Part shown: positions 40,531-54,004 of the stretch, piece by piece
Numbering within the stretch: the first letter of the stretch is position 1
Layout of the letters: each line of letters starts with the position of its first letter
Assembly: GCA_013239625.1 (NCBI GenBank)
Contig: MU053629.1
Location: 1,701,567-1,765,566, forward strand
DNA length: 64,000 bases
Direction of reading: 5' to 3'
Source of the DNA: Lama guanicoe
Lineage: Eukaryota
Position numbers and translations under genes: made by a program
Notes under the pieces: generated by a model
The model's input: the letters and a program-made list of their open reading frames with translations, nothing else
What the model was told of the DNA's origin: nothing
Databases searched by the model: none

Positions 40531-43179
40531 TTCATTTTTTAAAAAATCATCATCAAACATAACTTGCATCATGTTGATACCTTTGCCTACATGGGATAGC
40601 TTTGTTTAGACTAGCCAACGGTTGAGAATTTTGAGCTCCTCAGTGGGATACGGACTTTCCAAGCGGTCATCGCCACCTTTGCATGGGGTTTGGGTGGGGT
40701 GGGGGTCTCTGCTAGGCCTCACAAGACTCTGCTGGCAGGTTTGGTGGGGTCTCCCCCTCAGCTTTCACCACAACAGTCACACGGGGCCCGAGGGGTTGGC
40801 AGTGGGCACTCTCACAGGCCCTGGGGCGCACACACAGCCGTGCTGAGCATGTGCAGAACCGCCTCCTGGGTCAGCCATGGCTCTGAGAGCCGCACCCTCC
40901 CTTCCAACAGCCACAGGTTGTTCTGGCCCACATTCTCAGCTTCAGGGCCCAAATCAGCGACAACTTCTCTTTCTTTCCTCTCTTGAAGCAATAATCCCAT
41001 CTCCTCCCAGGAGCTCGCCCAAACACCCCTACTGAATCCTCCCAGCACTTAGGTGAGTAAGGAGGAGGACTAGCGGAGAGCCCCGCTCCCCAGGCAGGGA
41101 AACTGAGCCCAGAGAGCTTGTCTGGTCTACCTGCCGTCCTGCTCTGGCCTAAAGCCTGTATTTCAGCGTGCAAGGTGCAGGATCTTGCCTTTAGCAGGAC
41201 AAACACATCTTCTGAGTAAGTCCAATACCTGCCTCTGAGGGGTCTCCCTGCCTGCAGTGTTGGGGAAGCCAGGAGGCTCTCAGCAAGAGGGGTGTCCAGT
41301 CCAGTCAGCTCATGCAAATCATCCTGCCTAGATTTTAGCAGCAATTACAAACATTTTGTTCCCCTCTCAGGCTCTGTGCGTGAGGCCAAGTGTTTTGTTT
41401 TGATCAGGGGGTTAGTAAATATCGTCACCATAGATATTGGAAACAAGAGCAGAAACATGATCCTCCCTTGACCTAAATCCCAGCTGCCAGCGCAGGAGCA
41501 CCACGCACAGTTCAGGGAAGGCATCCAGGTGCTGGAGAAGATGGAGAAAGGGATGCCTGGAACAACACAGAAGGTGGGAAGACAGCCGTGTGCCCTCCCG
41601 AGATGGGAATGCGCTTGAACCAATCTGCCCAGAGTCTCCCATGTTTCAGGCCCACAGCAAATGGTGGGAGACAGATGGCCAAGGTCGGGGCGGGAGGGAA
41701 AAAAAAAACAAGAAACCATCTTGTCCACAAAAGAGGGAAATGAACGCAAAGACAGGACGCAGGAGTAGAACCAGACCCAGCCCACATAAATCTCAGCATC
41801 ACGGGCAAAACCAGCCTGCCCAGCACCGCTCTGCTCCTGCCATCTCCTGGCACCCATCGTGCCCACGAGGACTTCAAGGACCAACCCACACTGGTCCTCC
41901 AGATCCCTAGCCCAGCCCAAACCCCTCTGCTGCCACAGCAGCACCTGCCACCGAGGTCTGGACCCACCTGAATGTCACACATTCAATTCAGTTAAACAAA
42001 AACAGGCCAGAATCAGAGAATCAGCCCTTGTCATCAGAGGCCACAGCCCTCCAGGCTGACTGGTCAGGCAACAGGAGACACTAAAACATTCTCCTCTCCT
42101 TTTACATCCTGGTCTGTAGGATATCTGACAGCATCTGGCTCCCCACTTCTTCAGCTAAAGATGTGCACCTACATCAGGACCCTAAGAGAAACAGGACAGA
42201 GCCAACCAAGGAAAGTTGTCTGAGATCTCCCAGTACACAATAAAACATGGCAAACTTCACAGAACCGGGGAAATAAGGGTTCTCACCACCACCCTCAGTT
42301 CACAGATGGGGAACGTAAAGTCCAGCAAAGGGAGTGGACTTGCCCAAATCCTCTGATCTCCCAGGCAGTGAGAGAGCCAGGACCAGACGGGTCTCCTGAC
42401 AGGCTGCCCCATCCTCTCTCCCCTCCACCCCACCTCGTGTTTCAGACAGCTCAGACTTGGCACCTACCTGGGGAATGCCTGGCAGCTGGGAGAGGAGAAG
42501 GCCAAGCCCAGATTACATCAATCTCACAGGTAGCCAAGAAGGAAGTAGTGACGATTCTCCCCTCCAGGCCACAGGTAGCCCGGCTCCAGGAAGCCACTGA
42601 AAATGTAAGGAGGCTCGAACCTCACTCAGAAAAGTCTCCACCAGCTACAGGGAAAGGGGAGAGCTACAAGACTGCAGTGGGGCCAGCCTCATTTCACCAT
42701 GCTCCTCAACACACAGCCCTTTCTCATGTACCCCTAAAATGATGGGAAGGTATAAGATCCCCTCAGCCTGGAATCTGGTCCCCTCAGTATCCAGTGCCCC
42801 CATATCTTCCCTCCACTCTCCTATTATGGCAACCTGTTCCTGCTCACACCTGCCCAAGATGTCCACCTTCTCTTCGCTCCAGCCAGGCTTCCCATCCCTG
42901 AAGGGCCCCTCCTCCAGGAAGCCTTCTCTGTCTTCTGAAGGGGCTGCCTTCTCAGATCTCTCAGCCCTGGAGAAAGCTGCACTGGGAAGGAGGGCAAAGG
43001 TAACTTCCTAGAGGGTGTGTGCTTACTCGGCACTGGGATTCCTCATAACTCACAGGGACAGCTCTCTGACGGTTCTCCCAAGTCACCTCATTTCTGCAGT
43101 TTGACTGTTGTGCAGAAAAAGGGACCAAGAGTCCTACTATGGGGTACATCAGACAGCTTGGGGCATGCAATAGTGTTTG

Positions 43180-43670
43180 ACAGATGCCATTCAGCACTAC
43201 GTATCAAGAACCATACAACCCAAATGTCCATCAACTGATGCGTGGAGAAACAAAATGTGCTCTGTCCATCCAATGGAATATTATTTGTCAATTCAAAGGA
43301 ATGAAGCACTGATACATGTTACAGTGTGGAGCCTTGAAAACATTACGCTAAGTAAAAGAAGCCAATCATAAAACACCACATATTGTATAAATCCATTTAT
43401 ATAAAATGACCAGAATAGGCAAATGCACAGAGACAAAGGTAGACCAGTGGTTACCTAGGTCTGGGGGGGGGGGATTGGAGGAAATGGGGAGTGACTGTTA
43501 ATAGGCATGGGTCTTTGGTGGGGGCAGGTGTTGAAATATTCTTAAATTGATTGTGGTGATGGTGCACAGCTCTGTGAATACACTAAAAGCCACTGAATTG
43601 TACACTATAAATGCGTGAATTGTATGGTATGTGAATTATATCTCCACATAGAGAGTAAAAAAGAGAACCA
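43180..43670 (+). mobile_element. L1MB-like 3' end
   Basis: acaacccaaatgtccatcaactgatg...ccttgaaaacattacgctaagtaaaagaagcca...gtgaattgtatggtatgtgaattatatctc. Confidence 0.85.
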
Positions 43671-43684
43671 TAAAAATATTCACT

Positions 43685-43808
43685 GAGTCGGGGAGGCTAG
43701 AGCTCAGTGATGGAGTGTGTGCTTAGCATGCATGAGGTCCTAGGTTCAATCCCCAGTACCTCCATTAATAAATAAATAATCTAATTACCTACCCCCCCAA
43801 AACAAAAC
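43685..43808 (+). mobile_element. Vic-1-like SINE
   Basis: agctcagtgatggagtgtgtgcttagcatgcatgaggtcctaggttcaatccccagtacctcc. 12-bp TSD aaaatattcact at 43673-43684 and 43809-43820. Confidence 0.92.
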
Positions 43809-44481
43809 AAAATATTCACTCACATGCTTTTACTGGGTGATCTCAATTGTACCTAAACGTGCAGGCCTTTATGAAACACTTCTACATATATTGGCCATGG
43901 ATCCTATCTCAAAACCCTGCATGGTCAATATTATCACCATTTCACAGACTAGAAAGTTGAGGCTTAGAGAAGAAAGCCACACAGCTAACCAGCCACAGAT
44001 CTGGAACTTAAAATCAGATGATCTGAGTCCAAGTGTAGTGTTCCTTGGGAATGCAGCCAGTGGAGAGACTTCAAAAGAAAGAGCACAGCTCCATAGACAA
44101 GGAAAACCTGGAAACAAGCTAAAAATCTTCCACTAAGGAACTGCGGTGGTACTTAGTTGTGCCAGATGCAGTGGAAGATTACGCAAACATTAAAATAATA
44201 AACAGGAGCATCCTGTGTGACACGTTTATAAAACAGTGTTCAGTTAACATGCTCCGGTGGTCTGTACAGTTTGATTATAGTTTGCGTTTTGTTTTAAACA
44301 CACTTATGTGGCCAAAAAACACAGATGAGAACACAGATGCAAAAATGTGCTAGGATGATGAATAGTTAAGTGAAAACTTTCCCTTTAAAACTTCCTGTGT
44401 TGTTTTAACAGGAGAAAAGAGAGAGAAAGAGAGAAAATGAACACTTGAACGGACACCCCCAGCCAGCACAGCAGAGCACTA

Positions 44482-44935
44482 TGTGAAATAAAATTCACAT
44501 TTTATGGCAAAACAAGAAATATTTAAACATAAAATTTTTTCTCTGTCCTTTGACCCCCTCTCTGCCCTCTAATGTGCGTTATGTATCTGCATGATGCATC
44601 GACCAGACCTCACCACCTCCCAGCAGAAATGCCTGCTCAAGCATCAAAAGCAACCTTCTTTTAGCACCAATAAGACAACTCCTTAAAAGATAACGTTCCT
44701 TTTCGATCTTGTAAGGGGCCACGTGACACTTACATCTGGATTTTGTAAACTGTCAATAACACATCATTTAATGTACAGCCCTCTGTCTCATAAAACTTTT
44801 ATAACTGTGTTTTGACTTCTAACAGGCAGAACAGTTCTTGGAGCTTTCTGAGATGCTGTTCCCGGGTTATAATCCTCAATTCGGCTTGAATGAAATTTTC
44901 CATTTCTTTCTTAGATAGACATTAATGTTTCAACA
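44482..44935 (+). mobile_element. Solo LTR, probably ERV1 class
   Basis: TGTGAAA...TTTCAACA termini (short inverted repeat), 4-bp imperfect TSD acta/actg, TATA-like tttataa near 44798 and degenerate poly(A) signal aatgaa near 44889. Confidence 0.65.
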
Positions 44936-46193
44936 ACTGTAATTATCCAATCAAGGGTGAACTCGGGGCGAGGGAGGGGGTCAGCTGTCTCCACAACACA
45001 AGCCACTGGGCTACAGGGTCACCAAGAACTGACCTTGAGAATGAAACGGTAGGAACCTCTTTTCAGTCTGCAAAAGTAAGACCTCCCCTTTGTCAAAGGA
45101 ACACAGTAAAAATCAGCCAGAATTTATTCAGTCACTACTGATCTTTCCTTCAAAATGTTCTTTCTGTCCTGGACATGAAGCCTCCTCTGTTCTCACCTTG
45201 GGTGCACAGCTCCATCATGGCATTCAGCACATCTTACAGAAAATCTCTCTTTGCATATTCCTGTTCCTCATTAGACTACAAGATTCTCCGGCAGAGCCTG
45301 TAACCACCCATCCCTGCCCGCCCCCCAGACACCAGATGCAGTGCTGGATACACAGTAGGGCTGCAGTACGTGTTTTCTCAATGAGATTGACTAGACCCTC
45401 TTCATACCCGCCACCTTCTTGAGCTAGACTTTTACAAACGAATACTCTTAACACAACCTCCTGATCAGCATTCCTGCCGACAGTCCTCCACCTACATTCC
45501 TAGTCCACCCCCTGCCCATCTCCAGGTCCATCTTCCTGAAACATTTACATCGTCACATTCCCTTCTGCTCGAGACCTGCTCTCGCCTTCCCATCAAGCCT
45601 GTGCACCTTGGCCGGGCCCCAGGGCCCTTGTCTTCCCAGCAGGCACAGCCCAGCACACTCATTCTCACCTCGGGGCTTCTCCTGTGTGCCTGTCTGCCTA
45701 TCCTGAGATAACTTCTGCCTACTCAAATCCTATTTCTGTTCAAGTTTCAAGTTCCAACTCCTCCGCAAAGGCTTCCCTGACCATGCCAACCCCCAGGGAT
45801 CCTCGCCTCTGGATACGTCAGCATCCAAAGTTGAGTACACTTAATTATCTTCTTGTACCCTTTTCTTTCCTGTGTTTGTGTTTTTCCCACCCCCAAACTA
45901 GACTAATCTTCTTAAGGGCAGGGCAACACCTTACACTTCATCAGTATGACCCACCACACCCACTGCAAGACAGGCACATTGTAGAAGCTCAAGGCTTACT
46001 GGTGGTCAGTTCTGAAAGTCTGAAACACAGCCATGGTTAGTAATGACAGGTGTGTTTTCCGGGTGGAACAGAGGCTGGTTCTAGACGGGGCAGTTGAGGC
46101 ATGGGTAGGAGAGTTTGTAACAGGAGCTTAGAAATGTAAATCCACGCCACTGGAACTTAAGCTGAGTTCTCTTTAGCACTTAAAGGTATAAAC

Positions 46194-46380
46194 CAGTGCT
46201 TTTCAGAGTGTGGTCCCCAGATCAGCAGCTTCAGCCTCACCTGGGAACTTTCGAGAAATACAAATTCTCAGGCCCTACCCAAGACCTCCTGAATCGAACC
46301 CTGAGACTGGGGTCTAGCATCTGTGGTTTAATAAGCCTTCTAAGGGATTCCAATACCCACCAACACTTGAGAATCATTAG
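46194..46380. mobile_element. MER5A hAT element
   Basis: cagtgcttttcagagtgtggtccccagatcagcagcttcagcctcacctgggaac...cttgagaatcatt. Confidence 0.85.
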
Positions 46381-46863
46381 TGTAAGGATCATCTTGGTAG
46401 ACCCGAAAATTGCTTCCACCTTTAAGGATTGCCTGTGGATATAATTTTTAACTCATGTCTTCCTATTTACTACTACTGCTAAAATTAAAAATGGTAGTTA
46501 GGAAAATCGGCAGAGAATGCTAATAAACAGTTGACAATTTCTGTTATTACTAGTACTAATACTACCAGTATTTTTAGTAGTACTGGTAATAAAAACCGTT
46601 ATCAACGGCTTAGTGCTCTCTGCCAATTTCTTAACTACAGTTTTCAGGAGCCAGAGGTTGAGCGGAGGATAAAGTCTGTGAGGCATGGGGTGTAGGCATT
46701 CTTCACCCTTTCAGTATGACCATGTTCCCCATGTGGCTCTCAGTCTTAAACTAGTGATTTCTCATCACTCCCTATCCCCAAAGTCCAACTTCAGGCAAAA
46801 GCTCCACCTGCCTGCCTTCTCAGTTATCAGATTTTTAGCTTGCACTTGAATCATTCTAAGCCC

Positions 46864-47125
46864 CTACTCAGCCATAAAAAAGAATGAAATAATGCCATTT
46901 GCAGCAACATGGATGGACGTAGAGATTATCATAGTAAGTGGAGTAAGTCAGACAAAGACAAATATCATATATTACTTACATGTGGAATCTAAAAATATGG
47001 AATCTAAAAATGAACTTATTGACAAAACGGAAACAGATTCACAGACATAGAAAACAAACTTATGGTTACCAAAGGGGAAAGGGGGATAAAATGGGAATTT
47101 GGGATTAGCAGATACAAATTACTAT
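46864..47125 (+). repeat. L1 internal segment, near-identical copy of 47970-48228
   Basis: Direct alignment by eye. No poly(A) tail of its own. Confidence 0.9.
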
Positions 47126-47726
47126 GTGTCTCTAATGTGCGTATCTGCCCCTACCTTTGAAAACACTGGGCCAGTGTGCTGGCATCTCCAGTTGTGCCCC
47201 AGCTGAGGACAAGCTTCACCTCCCTTCGTTCTTCAGCACCTGGCCCAGTCTGTGGGACAGGTGTGTGTGTACAGCAGCAGGCCAGCTTCCTGTAATCTTA
47301 TTTGTGAACTGTGGACGCTGGTCCTGACCCCATCAGAAGAGGATGCAACTGGTGGCCTGCAGTCCTAGGGGTGACTCTGCCAGGGGCAGCACCTCCATGC
47401 AGAGGGGGCTGACTCACTCTATGCTCTCCCAGTCTTGGAGACACAGCAAGAATGCAGATCCAGTGCTACTTGGCAAAGGACACCAGATCTGGGTCCTTTG
47501 GATAAACAAAGGGTCAGAGCAAGAGAAGAGACAAAGCCATATGTGAAGGGGTCCTCAGGATACATGAGGCAGGTTGAAGGGGAGAAAACACAGGAGGAGG
47601 CCTGTCTCTAATTGTAGCTATGCACCCTCAGCTGCATGACTGTAGGCAGCTAGTTTCCTCCCATCTGTGAGCCCCCTTTCCCCTACCTATAAAATTAGAG
47701 AGTAAAGACGATCTCAAAAATTCCTC

Positions 47727-48495
47727 TGACAATTTGGTGCAGCCACTATGGAGGGTGGTATGGAGATTACTTAAAAAACTAAAACTAGAGTTATGATCCA
47801 GCAACTCCACTCCTGGGCATATATTTGGAGAAAACTCCAATTCAAAAAGATACCTGTACCCCAGTGTTCACAGCAGCATTATTTACAATAGCCAAGACAT
47901 GGAAACACCTAAATGTCCATCAACAGATGACTGGATTAAGAGGTTGTGGTGTATATATACAACAGAATACTACTCAGCCATAAAAAAGAATGAAATAATG
48001 CCATTTGCAGCAACATAGATGGACGTAGAGATTATCATAGTAAGTGGAGTAAGTCAGACAAAGACAAATATCATATATTACTTATATGTGGAATCTAAAA
48101 ATATGACACAAATGAACTTATTGACAAAAACAGAAACAGATTCACAGACATAGAAAACAAACTTATGGTTACCAAAGGGGAAGGGGGGATAAACTGGAAA
48201 TTTGGGATTAGCAGATACAAATTACTATATACAGAATAGACAAACAACAAGGTCCTACAGGGAAATATATTCAATAACTTGTAATAACCTATAATGAAAA
48301 AGGATATGAAAAAGAATATATATGTATTTACATGCAATATATTGTATATGTGCAGTCAAATTATGACAGTTCTACCTAATAAGACTGAAAAGTGAAAAAA
48401 AAGAAAAAGAATATACATATATATATATATAGCTGGATCACCATGCTATATACCAGAAACACAACATCGTAAATCAACTATACCTCAATTTAAAA
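47727..48495 (+). mobile_element. 5'-truncated L1 (ORF2 end plus 3' UTR and poly(A))
   Basis: ttggtgcagccactatgg...tgtacccca.tgttcacagcagc...aaatcaactatacctcaatttaaaa. Imperfect TSD aaaaatt(c/t)ctc. Confidence 0.9.
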
Positions 48496-48566
48496 AAAAA
48501 TTTCTCCCACAAACATTCAAGTATTTAGGAGAAAAATAACACTGCATCTTTAAGGACACTTGAAGT

Positions 48567-48765
48567 CAGGGCTGTGGATGATGGAAATGTCCCGCAGAGC
48601 ACTGTCCAATGCAGTAGCCACTAGCCACATATGACTCCTGAGAACTTGAAATGTGGTCACTATGACTGAGCAACTTATTTGTAACTTTACTTAATTTTAA
48701 TTACTTTACATTTAAGTGTAACTGGTCCTATGTGGCTGCTGGCTACTGCATTGCATAGCAGCTCT
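48567..48765. mobile_element. MER3 hAT-Charlie element
   Basis: gatgatggaaatgt...cactgtccaatgcagtagccactagccacat...atgtggctgctggctactgcattg. Confidence 0.8.
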
Positions 48766-48985
48766 AAGTGAATTCATGAAATGCAAGCCCTTTAAAACCC
48801 TATCTCCATGTAGTAAGTGAAAAGAAAAAACTAACTTCATCTTCCAGCTTTAAAATGCTGTCATTTAAATGGCAGAAACTCTGAACACCCCCTGAAGAAG
48901 TCTCTGGAAGTCCTGAGTCCTCATCTCAGCCTTGCCAGCTGTGAGGACACAAAGAGGTACCCTAAGGAACCTTAAAAGTGCCAGC

Positions 48986-50038
48986 CTTTTGCACAATAAG
49001 GACAAATATCAACAAAACAAAAAGACAACCTATAGAAAGGGAGAAAATACTTGCAAATGATATGACTGACAAGGGGTTAATATCCAAAATATATAAACAG
49101 TTCATACAACGCAATAAAAAAAAACCTGTTTAAAATAAGCAGAAGACCTGAATAGACATTTTCCCAAAGAAGATATACACATAGCCAACAGGCACATGAA
49201 AAGATGCCCAGCATCGCTAATCATCAGAGAAATGCAAATCAAAGCCACAGTGAAATATCACCTTACACCTGTCAGACTGGCTAGCATCAAAAAGTCTGCA
49301 AAACAAATGCTGGTTAAGATGAAGAGAAAAGGGAACCCTAGTAAATGGTTGGTGGGAATGTAAACTGGTGCCACCACTATGAAAAACAGTATGGAGGTTC
49401 CTCAAAAAAGTAAAAAAAATAGAACTACCATATGATCCAGCAATTCCACTCCTCCATATATATGGAAACACTAATTCAAAAAGATACACACACCCCAATA
49501 TTCATAGCAGCCTTATTTACAATAGCCAAGATATGGAAGCAAGTTAAGTGTCCAACAATAGATGAATGAGTAAAGAAGATGTGATAAACACACACACACA
49601 AAGAAATATTACTCGGCCATTAAAAGGAATGAAATTTTGTCATTTGCAACAACATGGATAGACCTGGGATGTTATGCTTCGTGAAATAAGCCACATAGAG
49701 AAAGACAAATGCTGTATGTTATCAATCATATGTGGAATCCAAAAAGTAAAACAAATGAGTGAATAAAACAAAACAGAAACAGAAGCACAGATATAGAGAA
49801 TAAACTAGTGGTTACCAGTGGGGAGAGGAAAGATAGGAAAGGCAAGATGGGGTTAGGGGTTCAGAGGTATAAACTGCTATATATAAAAGAAATAAGCTAC
49901 AAAATATATTGTACATCACAGGGAATATAGCTAATGTTTTATAATAACTTTAAATGAACTATAATCTATAAAAATACTGTGTCACTATGTGTCACTAATA
50001 TAACATTGTAAATCAATTTTACTTTGGTAAAAAAGAAA
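48986..50038 (+). mobile_element. 5'-truncated L1 (L1MA-like, about 1.05 kb)
   Basis: Degenerate ORF2 C-terminus and 3' UTR. TSD aaaagtg(c/a)cagc at 48974-48985 and 50039-50050, at a TT/AAAA site. Confidence 0.9.
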
Positions 50039-53020
50039 AAAAGTGACAGCAAAAACATATTACTGTTACCATTGCTATACTGACCTTCCTGAAGCCTCAG
50101 TAAATGGCACTGAGAGGCTGGGGAGAGGGTAATGATAATGTGGTCAGAGGCAAGCAGAGGGGAGAAACTTTCCAGCAACCATTGATTTATCAAACATTCA
50201 ACGGAATACTCTACGTGGCTTACATGCATTCAATAAATGTGCTAAATCAATCTGCCAACGATCCCACTTTACAGAATTTATCTGACAATTAGATGAGTGT
50301 GGCACTGGAGTTTGTCTTGTTTACTGCAGAATCCTCAGTGCCTAGAACAATACTTGGCAGGTTGAAGGTGAATAAATGAGGCATGCAGATGTATATACAA
50401 GGATGCGCACTGCAGTAACAACCTAAATGTCACAGTTAAGTTCATTATGGTCCATCCGTAATACGTGGTCTATGCAGCTATTAAAAAGAACATCACACAC
50501 ACACACACAAATGCACAAGATTAAAAATCAAATGTACAGTCTGACACCAGTCTACATTTTAAAACTACATAATGTGCATTTGTATATTCATAGACAATTT
50601 CTAGAAGGATACACGGACACTTAACAATGGTCCCTTCTGAGGATTGGGGCAGAGAGGTTAAGGAGGGTGTGGAAGAGAACACTTTCCAGTACACCATTTG
50701 ATTTTTTTTTATTAGCTAGTTTTCTTTTTCAACTATAAAAGTTAAACCTGATCATGCTAGAAATTCTATCTGGAATGTCATGGGGCCAATAAATATACTT
50801 TCCAAAGGAATGACAGAGAAATATGTTTACACTGTAATGTAACTGGGGGAAACAGGATATAAATTATATCTTTGGTGTGATCATAATGGCAAGCAGACCA
50901 AAACGAAAGCACAGAAGCAAAACCATGACACAGCCCCTGACAGTTTAGACCCTGTCAGTCCCCCAGCCCCACCCCAAGACGATCCACAAGGTGGCAACCC
51001 AATCATTAAGGAGCGGACCCCGTTCCGCAGCCAGAGAGCAGGAAGCAGTAGCAGTGACACTGCAAATGTCCTGAGAAGAGAGCCAGGTGCAACCCCCTCA
51101 TCCGGAGGGAATATGGAGGTGCAGTGAGCCTGCCTCAGCTCTGCCTCAGGGCAGAGACCTTGCTCCTCCTTACCGATTTTCAACATTAAGTGAATCCGTG
51201 TGACCTTGAAAGGCCAGAAACTGGCAGCTTAAATGACAGTAGGTGCCTTTAAGACTTAGTAATAGGGCAGAAAAGTGAAACCAGGCACAAGGCTTCCCAG
51301 CAGCCGAGGTGTCTCTGATTACCTTGCAGCAGCCCTGGGGAGGCAAATACCTTAAGAAAACAGTAGGGGTCACCAGGTGGAAGGGGCAAGAAGTTCAAAG
51401 TAAAGAACTTAAGGGCCGGAAGGTCTTGAGACACCAGTGAGCCCACCATCCATGGTGCCAGAGAAGGAACTGAGGCCCAGATAAGAACGCATTTCTTCTA
51501 AAAGGACTGCAGACCCAGGCAGGAGGGTTGCCAGAGCTGTAAGTTTCCTGGCGGCGACTAGGGAAGCAAGCTAGATTTGAGAAATTACCCATTCTGGAAA
51601 AATACAGTTGGCTGCATGTGGCATGGAAGTCACAGGAAACAAGGGCTTCGTCTCTGTAAGTGCTCCAGTCGCACATGAATAAATCATGATGCCACCGTGA
51701 GCAGATAGAAATCTCCTGCTTCAGGACTAATTAGTCTCCATACTTAGCAAATCCCAACCCTCTTTGGGTGTGGCTAGCAGCTTCTCCAGAAAGAAGCACC
51801 TTCCAGCCAGAGTTCTGAGCCCAAGGCTCAGCCGTCTGAGTCCTCGATGGGTGGGGAAGCAGTGACTCAGGTCACGTGTTCATTTACTTCATTGTCCTCT
51901 AACCAAGGTGGCCCAGAGCACTTAAAGGCTGATTATGGAGGAAAGTCTGGTTTTCTAGGAGTACCACCCGAGGAGGCAGCGTGCAGGGGGGCAGAGATGG
52001 AAGAGTGGGTCTCTCCCACCCTCCCTTAGGCACGGAGAGAACCTTCCCGCTGTTCTCAGACTGGATCCTTCAGAGACCTGAACACCCAATGTTCAGCCTG
52101 AAAGGGAGCTTTCAGAGCATCTGACAAGCCAACACTCTGGTTTTCCAGAGGAAGAAATGAGAACCAAGAGAGTGAGGGACCTGTTCAAAGCCACTTGATA
52201 GTTTAAGACTAGCCACTCCTGGTTTCCAATTCCTGTTGAATTATTAGATACTTTCAAAGGTCCCTTTCAGACTGAACATGGTGTGATTGTCCCAACAGCT
52301 CTCAGGTCTCTGAAGGAGACCTCAGGTCCTGGGAAAGGCCAGGAGCCCACAAACACTTTCCTACACCAGGTGAACAGCCAAGGGAGCACCAAGAGATATT
52401 TACCAAAGACCACAGGCAAGATACTACAGGGGAGCCGACATCTAACTGAAAAAACAGACCTGATCCCTCACAGAAGTTAATACCATTAAACCAAAACAAG
52501 ACATGCCACCTCCGAGAGAGGAGAGAGAAATTAGCAGACAAGCAAGGGCACGGGGAAAAGAAGAGCCCCAGGAGGAGGCGGGCAGGGAAGGATGGGGAGC
52601 TGTGGGCAGAAGAGCAGAGAAGATCTCTGCAGTGGGGCGAGGCGGCAGGACAGGGCACTACATGGTCAGGGACCTGTGCCAGTGGCAAACTGGCAGGGGA
52701 CAAAGAGCCTGGATGACCCACGGGGCCCTGCTATGCCAAGGACACCCTCTCTCCTGCCTCTGCCGTGCAGGACAAGGACAGCATGTTCCAGGTGGGAATT
52801 ATTGCTCTGAAGGTTAAAAGCCACTAACTCTATGAGCTCTTTACACAAGGCCCTCCCATTGACGGTCTACAGGGGGCCAAGGCCCACCTGGACCATGAGG
52901 CTCAGGAGGCTGTTTGGGGATGGAAGGCAGCTGTGTCAGCACAGGGCACAGCACACTGCTCAGTGAGGGCAGTGACCCCAGAGGTCTCAGGCAACTCCAA
53001 GAGGAAACAGAGGTGGCAGG

Positions 53021-53640
53021 TGTGGTGGGTTAAATAGCGCTGCCCTCTAGAAAAAGATAGGTCCACGTCCTAACTGCCAGAACCTGTGAACGTGAACTTA
53101 TGTGAAAAAGGGGTGTTTGGGGATGTGATTTACTTAAGGATCTTGAGGTGAGATCACCCTGCATTCCCTGGGAGGGCCCTAAATCCAATGACAGGTGTCC
53201 TTATAAGAATGAGGCATAAAAAAAATTTAAAAATTAAAATAAATAAATAAAATTTAAAAATTTTAAAAAAATTAAAAAATTAAAATAAATAAATAATTTT
53301 TTAAAATTAAAAATTAAAATAAATTTTAAAAAAAAGAATGAGGCAGAGGGAGATTAGACAGAAGAGGAGGACACAGGGACACACAGGAGAGAAGGTGATG
53401 TGAAGACAGAGGCAGAGATTGTAGTGATGCAGCTTCAAGCCAAGGATTACCAAGGAGCCACCAGAACCTAGGTGAGAGGCATGGAACCCATTCTCTCTCG
53501 GAGCCTCCAGAAGGAACCAACTCTATCAACATCTTGATTTCAGACCTGTGGTCTCCACATTCGTGAGAGAATATATGCCTGTTGTTTTAAGTCACCTGCT
53601 TTGTGGTAGTTTATTATGGCAGCCCCAGGAAATTACTACG
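53021..53640 (+). mobile_element. MaLR solo LTR (MLT1-like), interrupted by an A/T insertion
   Basis: tgtggtgggttaaatag...gggccctaaatccaatgacaggtgtccttataaga...gagcctccagaaggaaccaac...ttgtggtagtttattatggcagcc. Confidence 0.88.
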
Positions 53641-54004
53641 GGAGGGAAGGGTGACAGGGAAGCAGGCAGGTTTCATGAGTTCTGGGAGAAGATGTCACTC
53701 ATCTTTTTGTAACAGGGGTTATGAAGCCTGTGCAGTGGGACCTTCCCAGGAGGGCATCCCAGGGGAAAAGCAACCCCTGGCTTCTGAGGACTTGCAGTCA
53801 GCTGGATGCCCACCCCATCTCGTCCCACCCTGTGCTCTCATCAGGCATGGCTGCCACTAGCAAGGCTCACAGCCTCTTAAAGAATGTGGTCCTGTCCACC
53901 CAGCTAAGGCCCCTCCACATCTGACCCTCTTTATCCATGAGCTCCCCCCAAAGTGACAGGCACCATCCTTCTCTAGTAAGTTTCTCAGAGCTCATTTTCA
54001 TAGA

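Noticed and set aside
41345..41944. 199-aa ORF and overlapping ORFs
   Set aside because: No recognisable motif or exon structure; expected by chance in GC-rich intron.
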